From: Mizuhopecten yessoensis
Taxonomy: Eukaryota
Reading direction: 5' to 3'
Assembly: GCF_002113885.1 (NCBI RefSeq)
Contig: NW_018403589.1
Coordinates: forward strand, 997,309 to 1,061,308
Length of the DNA: 64,000 nt
Under the pieces are notes generated by a model. That model did no database searches and was not told the origin of the DNA. It saw only the letters and a program-made list of their open reading frames with translations. Both the position numbers and the translations under genes were made by a program. Every line of letters begins with the position of its first letter. Within the stretch, counting starts at the first letter, position 1. Shown one piece after another: positions 13,885-24,800 of this stretch.

Positions 13885-14908
13885 AGATACAAATACAACT
13901 CCTCTAATATAGGCCTAATTGAACATGTCGAAAATATTGAATATCAGTTCTATTCAATATAGAATATAAGTTTAATTTATCTTATACTACCTATCTTTAA
14001 TTCAATTAAAAACATGATCAATTTAGCTATGTACTATAAATTATTTGATTCAATACTAATAAGAGACCGAGCTACTTTTGCGAGGGTAAAAAGAACATGA
14101 TGACCTCACTCCTTTCTGCTGGGTTTTGCGAATTTTCTGTGATCGCGAATTGCTAATTATTTTCGTCATGGAAAGCTTAATATGATCGTTTACATAAAAA
14201 CCTAGCACTGACTTACATGTTGCTGTAATATACGAATTTATTATAATATCAATTTGGGGCAGGTCTGTCCCATGCAACACATCAAAAGACGTATAATTGG
14301 CGGAACTCTGACGTTGCATGTTTTATGACGTCATGATTATCCGATTCCGATGTGGGCCGTACCTGCCCCAGAATATCTGTCCAAAAGTGCCCCAAAGGCG
14401 GGGCACGTTCGGCCATCCAATCGTCCGGCAGAAAAAAAAGAGTTTTATAACTCTTAAAATACGAAAATCACGAAAGACTTCGAAATTCTCTTCCGAATGG
14501 TGTAAAAATGGCCCAAACTCGCCCGATCTTCCCTACAACATTCAACAGAACAAGTTGAGCAACATTGACTAACAGAGCCAACAGAAGAATTCGCTTATAC
14601 TTTCAGTTTTGACGTCACTTACATTCACTCATTTTGAGGCCGCGTTCGTTTGAACTTTTCGGCAATAAAAGATATGTAATACAAAACAAAAAAGTCTCAT
14701 ATTTCCAAGAAGGCTTGCCACCAATTATAATATTTTTTGTGTTTAATGGGGTTTTTCAAGAAATATTCATTACATGTTTGATTTACATTTTGCCATGCTC
14801 CATATGCTTTGCTGTATTAATATATAGAAACAAGCGCCCTCAATCAAGTCTCTGCTCAAGTCAAATACTATTTTCTATCCCTCCAGGCCCAATGAATGAA
14901 TTGACAAA

Positions 14909-14941
14909 CGGACGGGCGGACGGACGGACGGACGGACGGAC
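14909..14941. repeat. (GACG)n microsatellite
   Basis: Direct reading; typical of HINE remnants. Confidence 0.7.
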
Positions 14942-15698
14942 AATTGAATGAAAGAAATCGAAAATCTGTGATTCGATTTGACCGGTGGCATATAAACCTA
15001 GCGAATCCAAGTAATTTCACGTTCTCAAAGAGAGAACCGGGGTAATGACAACAAAAAACATAGGAAATTAATGCGCATGCCAAACAGGAAAAGGGCTTCG
15101 TAGGCTTCGTATTAGTTGTTCAACTTGTGCCCAATCCCATTGCTAATTAAAATCGGGAATACAATATGTCTAAATAAAATCATGACAAACATGCTATATT
15201 CATATCACCACGGACTTAGATCTAATCTAATTCCGTGATATCACTTAGGAATACGATCCCGATGGCAACCTCAAAACTTGTCCAGTCTTGAATTTCTTTT
15301 TTCTTTTCCCAACCTACTGCTTTTTAATCGACGATAACTCCCTGTAAGCATGTATGTAAAATCGATTTTATTTGTACATAAACAAGAGAATTAGACAGTT
15401 AAAAAATGTAATTTTAATAAATATCCTTTTTTTTTCAAATGTGAAAAGTATATACGATTTTTGATTGTATTTGGTTTCTAATTTACAAGTTATCTATTAA
15501 TTGCAACTATAAGCGAGGAAGGCCCATTCACTTATTGAATAATAATTGTCTCGGCCGCACGTTACCAGGTAGGGGCACCTGGTTACGGACCTAATTTTAC
15601 ACACATCAACTTGTTCTTTGGTCTTATAGACGCTTAAATCGCAGGCGTTGTGACGTTAAGCATTCTACCTGGAAGATGAAGGATGGAAAATCCAGGAA

Positions 15699-15830
15699 AT
15701 GTACACAAAAAACTGCCGAAAACGTGCTTCTAAAATGAACGCGTTATTGCTGTTGATGACTAGAGAACGGCATGGTCAACATAGACAACATAATGCTTCC
15801 TGTAAAATTCTTCGATCTCTAATTTGTGGC
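15699..15830 (+). CDS. DCAF17: DCAF17 exon 1
   Basis: MYTKNCRKRASKMNALLLLMTRE...KILRSLICG, then GTAAGT. Confidence 0.8.
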
Positions 15831-18800
15831 GTAAGTGACAGCGGGTGATCAGGTGTTTTTTTTATATATAATTTAACTGATAAACGTGGTGACAGTTACA
15901 TATACCCGATGTCTTCAACTAAAGGTGTCAGAATGTCACCTCATGTTTAAAATTTAAATTGATTTATTCTGTTTTAATGACAGCCTTTATGACAGGTACC
16001 TGTGCCATGGACGGCTTATGATAAACAGCGCAATCAGCCCACTTTTGCTTAGTCTGCTAAACTGGTCATAATGTCAGACTCACTCATTTTGTTGTAGTCC
16101 ACTCCAAAATTCTGATCGCACTCCTGCTTAGCAGAATAGATTATGCCTATTTGGGAACAGGGGTAGGGATTAATGCAGGAATAGAAAGTTTGTACCCTTT
16201 TTCTGAAATAGGGGGAAATATGCGCTGTAATTGCATGACCCATTCCAGTGAGGACTGCAGGCCCGATCCAAGGGGAGAGTACAAGAGGGAGGCATGGATT
16301 TAAGATCTTTAATTTTGTTCCTCGCTTTAAATTATGTATTATAAAATATCAGCAGTGACAATTACAATCAACACAGGGAAAAGGAAATAAATCACTCAGT
16401 TGTGGAACTGATGGAAGATTAAAAAAAATGGAACCAAGACAGATATTCATGTGGTAGTATTTTAGTTACAAGTGGGTGAATTTTTAACTGGAATAGGGGA
16501 AAATAAAGCTGAAATAGGGGAAAATAATGCCAAAATTGGAGAGGTGAACTGGTCCATATTTGGCCATAAAAAAGGGCCTGTTTATATCCTTGAGAGGTCA
16601 TTATTTTTTCAATGCCTCCACCAGGAGTGGAACCTGGGACCTCTTGCTAACTAGCTCTACCAAACTTTTGAGTCGGCTGGAAGCAGCTAGTATTTTACCA
16701 GGGTGACACAAGTTTACAGATATTAAGCGATTTGATGATCATGTGGTACATGAAGGAGGCATGTATGCTTCTGGTATGAACGTAAATCAGTGAGTACGCC
16801 AACTTCATCGTAGTGTAAGGTAGCAGAGTACAGTAGCGTACGGTGGCCATGGGTGATATTTTTATACAATGAATAACCCTTGTAATATAACATGTATCAA
16901 AATTTTAAAGAAAATCAGCACTAAAATTGGCATATACATGATGAAGTGGACTATGTGGGCTTCATAATTTTTCAAAAAAAAAATCGAATTTGGTTTGAGA
17001 CTACAATTTTGGGCATTTACAAATCTGTGTCTACACAACAAAAGCTAGCTTTTCATGTAGTCTACTTTTGTACTCAGCACATGTGTAAATATTGTGAAAA
17101 ATCCACCGGAATGACCTATGCTAAAACGTGAGTATTTCTGTTACCGAGTAGGCGATATTTAATTTCAGACAGGTTTTAAGAAAAACAATTCTACTTGCGA
17201 GGGGGACTATTTTGGGTTAAAAACCATGATTTTTTGCATATTTTGGTGATTTTTGATGTGGTAACCATGGTTTTCAGAAGTCCCAAATCAGGGGAAATCA
17301 CTTTTTGAAAAAAAAAATGTTCTTCTAAAAAACACCTTTTCAAAATGTAGTTTATAAATATATATATATATATGTAGACTAGGTGTGTTGTGCAGGATGA
17401 ATCCGCTATCCATGTTTATCCGAGACATGCCCTTTATTTTTAGGGTCAAGCCATTTCTACTGTACTCTGCCACCTAAGATTGGTAAAGTTAGGTGGAAAC
17501 TGCTCCTAAATCATGTATATAAGGGATATCTACTGACTCGTATAAGTACCTGCTTGTCTGATATGCAGTCCATCCATGTAGTGTTTAGTCTTTAGTATCA
17601 TAATGGTATAATTCATAACTGCTCCCTACGAGTACTTGCATGTTGGTATGCTCCCTAAGCATGTACAGTTGTCTGGTGAATAAACAAGCGGACACTGAGT
17701 AATGACTTTAATGTGTTTCAATCATCAAGTCTCAGTGGGAACTCAATAGTTGGGAACCAGTGTTTTTGCATATTGTTGCAACTGCGGTCAGACTTTAATT
17801 GTTAACTGGTAATGATATGCTGACAGACAGACACAGTGTATACTATTCACGTAATTACACTTTTTACTAGTTGCTCATATCCTTCAATGTTTCAGGGTAA
17901 TTATTCCTACAAAAAAGTTTGGCAGAAGAATTCAGACAAAAGGATTGCATGTGAAGGGTAATGTTTTGAATATTTGCGAAATTTCAGATTTTATCTTTAT
18001 CAATAATAAGGAATTTTCATTTATTTTACAAATGTTTTGTTTTCATTTTTGTCAATAAAGTCGTTGCGACTTTATTGACAAAAATAAATTCCCAGTGTAA
18101 CTTTACAAACTTTTAGTCATTAACTGGTAAGGAATCAACTTTTCAACATCTGATAAAATTGTTAAATACTATATTTTTATTTGCAGAAACCAACATATTA
18201 CAAAATACCTTTTATTATTTTCAGAGGCAAAATATACTTCGATAACTTTCGGATTTGGTATGGAGGGTAAGTTAAATAATGTGACCATTGATACATTTAA
18301 CAAAAAGCTGATCTCCTTATAATCAAATTACTGAACAGATGATATTTCCTGTTTCTACTTTATTTATGCCAAATTATAGCACTGTGTCTTTTTTTGCTGG
18401 AAATTCTTAAAAAAAATATTGGAAGTTTGATTTGAATACTGGATGTATAATTTTATAACTGTTTGAATACAAATGAGCCTTGATAAATGATCCACATCTG
18501 TTCCTATCAAAATGCTGTGTTAATAGGACCCTTGAATATAAATAGAAAAAGTCCATTTAAAGTTTTAAACACAGACTGGAATGACAAGATTAGTCAGTGG
18601 TAACTGGATTAAAAGCCTGGACAGTAAACATCTAGATTTACTTTAAATATGGAATTTCTTAGAATATAATTAATCATGATAAATGATTCTGTATATATTT
18701 TTGTGGCTGTATTGTTTTATTAAAGTAGCTCATCTGACATAAAAGGTCAAGTTTACCTATACACTGGCACAGCATCTTTTTCTATGGATAATTGATCATC

Positions 18801-21800
18801 CAGGGGCCAAGAATTCATTCAGTGTTGTATAAATGAATGATATAGTCCCCATTGTTTTAACCCTTTCACCCTATGTAACTTAAGTAGATTGTACCATGCA
18901 TAGATCTGGATGAGTCCATTTTGGTCTACAGTGGTGAAAGGGTTAAACACATTTAAGCATAAATCTATTTTCTATATTAAATTTTGTGAGGATTGAAGTT
19001 TGATAAGGGGAGATAGTGTGATAAACTCCCACAGTGCCATCACACTCTGTCACATATACTTTTTGGTGTACTTTCATTTTTACAAACATTTCGTTCTTAC
19101 TTGTAGGTATAATTTAAAGAATGAACCACAGTGTTTACAAGTAAATCAACCTCGTGGCCCTAACAGAAAGATAGAGGATGCTCTCGTAGCCTGCATTCAT
19201 TCGGTAAAAACAACATTTAAAATTACAATTGAAAACTATTTTTAGAAATACCGAGTTTTCTGTTAGCTACATGAGGATATGTACATGGGATTGAACGTAC
19301 TTTTCAAATGAGGTGTTGTTAAAGTTTTGAAAATTGATTTACAGAGGAATTTATCGAACCTGGGATGGCCTGGATAGCAGTTGAAATAGCTCATTCCTTC
19401 CTCAAGATAAATCTTACAAATCTAAACAGTCTACCTTTTATATTAATGTAAGCATTACCGATTTTTCTATAATTGTTGGTACAGCTTAAAAATTCTCCAG
19501 TAAGACAGCAGTCACATGGGGTCTAAAACTGTATTTAATAATGTTATATAGTGTGAGTCAAATAAGTCGTACAGTATTAGTCAAGTCAAAAGTTGCATCA
19601 CCTATGTGTGTCGGTGACTCCCTCAAAAGTTTTCAATTACAACCATGTCTCCAGAGGACATAGAGGATAAAGATTTCTCACATATCCTCTTAAATGATCA
19701 AAGCTTTTGAACTTTGAATGATGAAGTTATTGAAATTATTAAAAAAGTCAAAATGATAATTAATAATAGGATCATACACTGTACCTATAACCCTGTCATA
19801 TATAAAATGTTGTAGCTGCACAAAAACAATGCTATTTGACACTACAAATACTTGCGTGTTGAAGGTTGTAATTATTATTCAATTGATGTAAGTTTTTGTT
19901 GACAGGAGTGCCTTCCCTTGTCCAATGACGGTCACAAATCTAGCTTGTTTTGTTTGGAGAAAAAGTGGTTGTTACGCTTTGTTTTGGAGAAAAAGCGAGT
20001 GTTACCTATAGAATCTGTCTTTCTCTCTCCAACTCACAAATTCAGGTGAGCTTTAATTTAATCTAACATAACACATCATCTTTTTTGCAGTTACTGCAAA
20101 CTCAATGACTCTTAATATACATTCCACTTATTATCACATCAACTCATATTTTACTCAATCACTTACAATATAATACCATCAAATATATCTGGTATCTAAT
20201 AATAATATTTAAAACAAAAATGGCATAATCAAGAAAATATGTCCACGGTTACAATGGTATCATCATTCATGTCTTACTTTATAAAATACAAAGAAATATT
20301 CTTGAAAATAATATACCTGTAACATTTTTTTTATTTTTTTTTACTGAAGTCTTGTCTTTTTATCGTTCATTTTGTCAGTGATATTTCATGGAATGAACCA
20401 CAGACCTCCCTTGTCTTGCGCACAACACACAACTCACGACCTTATCAACATGTCAGACAGGTGAGAAATATTAACCTGGTTATAGGGCTGTCACAATGTA
20501 TAAGAAACAGGTATATTGCAATACACAGTCATATTGTATCATATTGCAATATTTTTCAAAAGCTTATTTTTATGTATCTGCTTGGTGTTTAAACTTTGCA
20601 AATTATTACACATTCTTAGTAGTGGCAATCAATATCAAAAATATTAAATGTGTGTGATCCATATTATATAGTTTGATAACATTCAATTTCTTTTTATGAA
20701 CACCTTTTTCTTATGACAATATAGATTTTCTCCCATAATCACCATTTTCTGTAAGTAATGCCGATTGTTGTTATTATGAAATCACAAAGAAGATTGTGAA
20801 ATTCCAACCAGTAGAAAAATATTACATATAGACATGATTATTTGCATAGAGGTGTTTTTAAATACATATTGTATTTAAATGGAATAAAATGTGATGTCTT
20901 TGTTTGGATTTTGAATTCCCATGAACTATGCAATAAGCAATTGAAAAGGAGAAATGTTCATCTTGAAATGAATACATATATTGATCTGTTAAAACAAGAT
21001 AATAGTAAATACCTGAAGATACACCTGGTCTTTATATTATAGGCAGGTGCTCCTGTGCCCATAGTGATGCTACTGGCTGTCTTTGAGGTGTGCCCACTGA
21101 AATTTGTAGGCATGCTTAAGATAACAGAGGAAGTACGTATCAACAGGATATGCTACCAGGGTAAAATATTTAATATTTGAAACATTAATTATTGGTCGGG
21201 TGTTTTTCTATTTTGTATAAAGATGGTACTATTATCATTTTCTTCCCTGCCCTTTTAAACAATCAATGGGAAAATCAGGTTCACTATAAAATGATTGCCT
21301 CTATAATGTTATAAAAACGGAATCTCTAGAATTTTTTTCTAAATCTTTTATCCTCAAATATTACTTCATAACTGGAAAAAACAACAACCTGATAAACCTT
21401 GAATACAAATGTAATTCCTTTCTAAGCTTTGTGTACATACATGTATCACCTGGTTCTGGATAATTATGGCAGTAATAAAGTAAAGGGGAAGTGAAATGGA
21501 GTTGTCATTGAATTTCACGATCAATTAATGTATTTGCTTTATTGATGTTCTCTTTTGTGGTCCTGTTTGGACGGTTGGTGTAGGTTTTCGGTAAGGACGT
21601 GGTACACGCAGTGATATCCCAGGGTCTCCTCATCACCATGCATCATTCAGGATGGGTCAGGATGTACAGCTTTGATCGGATTGTAGAAAAGGTAATACGA
21701 ATGTCCATCAGTAAAAATAACAGATGTCCCAAGTATCACAATAGCCAGTGTGTGACAATTAGGAGGTTACAACCTATGTTGTCTAGTGTCATATATTTGG

Positions 21801-24800
21801 CATAACTCTCTTTCTCCACATTTTTATTCAGGAACATAATTTATTAAACAATAAGTGAATATTACTGACATGGCTGGAGGAAATTTATCTGTAGCTGGGT
21901 CGATATAGCTCTGGTCTATTAATCTGTAGTCCCAGGTTCGACACCTTACAGAGGCAGATGGAAAAATTGACATTGGTTTCATGTATATATGTGTTTTGAA
22001 AACCTTTTATTTCTAACAGTATCGCAGGTTTGAAGCGAAACTGTTTGAGGAGTTCGATACAGAAGGAAACATTTGTGGGGAGATGCCCTGTGGACTGCCA
22101 TGTAATATACAGATCACAGGTAAGTCTGCCATGCAATATACAAATCACAGGTAAGTCTGCCATGCAATATACAAATCACAGGTAAGTCTGTCATGTAATA
22201 TACAGATTACAGGTAGGTCTGCCTTGTAATATACAGATCACAGGTAAGTCTGCCATGTAAATATACAGATCACATGTAAGTCTGCCATGTAATATACAGA
22301 TCACTGGTAACATACACACCCTATTCCGTCTTTGCGTATTGCAGAGTTATCTTCTCTTGTGAGCAGGTATTGATTGTTACGTCATTGGTTTGTGTGAGAA
22401 AATTACGTCGTTTTCTCAAAAATTAATGACGTAACAATCAATACCTGCTCACAAGAGAAGATAACTCTGCAATACGAAAAGACGGAATACATAATTTGTT
22501 GACAATTTCAAATCATTATGATTAATGGAGCAGGAGCAGAAAAATGCATGACCAGACGGGGATTCCAACCCAGGACCCTCTGAACTCTAGACAGACACTC
22601 TTACCAATTGAGCTACCTGGTTAACGGCAATTGACCCAGTCCAGTTCCACTACATTACTCTTCCTTTGCTATGTCGTCACCCCCAAGACTTCACTATTTA
22701 CAACCCAGGTTCAGGTATCCCCTTGCTAACCATTCACCCAGTACTTCAAACAAGGGTTGATCACAGGCACCAAATGTAATAAGAGTGGAAAATGCACACC
22801 CACACACTTTTGGTTCACACACTTTTGTTCCTGTACCCTCAAAAAGTAAAAATTACAATATCATTACAATTAGCACATAGAATAGGGGCTTAAATATTTT
22901 TTTCTCTATTATTTTGTCATTGTCATAGTGAGTTCTGTATTTGTTATCTGACGGATATGACTATCAAATGTGGACTACTGTTTCAGAGTGTCCCCCTGTT
23001 CTGTTTGAGGTGCGATGTGCCCAGCACATTGTAGATGTCGGTGGATTTCCCTGGCACTACCTTACCTCTCCCCACAGTACCAGTCAGAGCTGTTTCCATG
23101 TCCGTAATCTCACCACTGGTCAGTTGGTCAGTATCTATGCTGTACAATTTTAGTTAAGTCAGTAAGTGAAGCTGGTAAAGTTTGATTTAAAGGGACATTT
23201 ACTGTATACCGGGAATCTTCGCCCAATCAAATATCTGTCCTTTACTGGTAAATATACTTCTGTTTAGTGTTTTAGCCATTCACATGTAATTACTATATAG
23301 GGTAAACTGTGTACTAATATTCGCTGTCATGATATATGCACCCTTATTGCTGAGGGCGAAAAAGGCGAAAATTAAAGTGCAGTGAAAAACAATATTACCG
23401 TAAATTGGCATATGTTTTTATGATGTTTTCTTGGTGATGCTTTTGGGTGTTGTTTCATTCTCAGATGTTAAATGGGGTGTTATTTTCTTTGGTTTTGGTT
23501 CAGAATTAATTGACAGACATTTTTGGGTTGTTGTCGCAAAAGAAACCTCGAAGTCTTTTTAAAAACAATGAATCAGTGTGTTCAGTCACCAATGAAATCT
23601 TTGCTTGTTACAAATCTACAGCAAGATTTTGTGGTAATTTACTGAACAAAATTCTTGGATAAACCATACAGTTAGCTGTATAGTAGTACAGGTATCTAGT
23701 GCTTGAATACAACTGTGAGTTGAAAAAACCTGTCACAATTATGGTGGTTTGACATTTCAGGCCCAAAATGGCACCTTAGCAATGGATGTAACTAACCTAG
23801 ATACAGACAAGGCCAGTTTCTATGGCGATGACTCGGGGAGAATACTTTATGTTGGGGCCACAGACATCAGGTTTGTCTTATCTTTTGCTCAGGAAATATT
23901 GAAAAAAAACAACTTGGTGATATGATAACTGAATGAAGTAACACCAAAATATACCTTTTGAATGATAAAAGATGCTCAAAATATGCTCTTATGAATTACA
24001 GCTGTTGATGAATGCATAGATTAGAATATCATTGCTATAGCTAGCTGTTTGGTGCATGGCTCATTGGCCCGTTTTGAAAGTAGTACATTAAAAATAAAAA
24101 GAAAGGACGAAGCATTTATCCCTCGCTTTCACCAAAAAGGGGGTTATTAATTTGGGTTTGTCCGTCTGTCTGTCTGTCTGTCACGCTTCTTTTCTGTGCA
24201 ATAACTGCAACAAATGTTAACCGATTTTCTTCAAACTTGGTACCAGGGTTAAATTCCTTAAGGGCTCGGCCAAGTTCGATGACCACTTTCAGCAGACTTT
24301 ATTTGGCGGAGTTATGGCCCCTTGAATAACGAAAAACATCATTATCTGCCGTTTCCGTGCAATAACTGCAACAAATGATAACTGATTTTCTTCAAACTTG
24401 GTACCAGGGTTAAATACCTTTAGGGCTTGGCCAAGTTATATGACCACTTTCAGCAAACTTCATTTGGCGGAGTTATGGCCCCTGTTTCCGTGCAATAACT
24501 CTCGCAAATATTTTCCAATCGTCTTTAAACTTAGTAACAGGGTTCAACACATTAAGGGCTTATCCAAGTTTGACATTTGGCAGAGTTATGGCCCCGTCAT
24601 TAACGAAAAATGTCATTATCTGCAGTTTCCGTTTTAATAACTCTAGCAAATATTACCCAAATTCCTTCATACTTGATAACAATGTTTGTGTTCCTCTTTC
24701 TTGGGCACTTTTTGGTTTTCGTGTCATAATTGCGGTAGATATTTTGCAGATATTATTTCAACCAAATTCCGCATGCACATCGGACTCATGCTTAGTTTGC

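Noticed and set aside
19948-20006. Near-duplicate TTTG..TTGGAGAAAAAG..GTTAC within DCAF17 exon 5
   Set aside because: Frame and homology are preserved on both sides; could be local conversion or chance; not interpretable.
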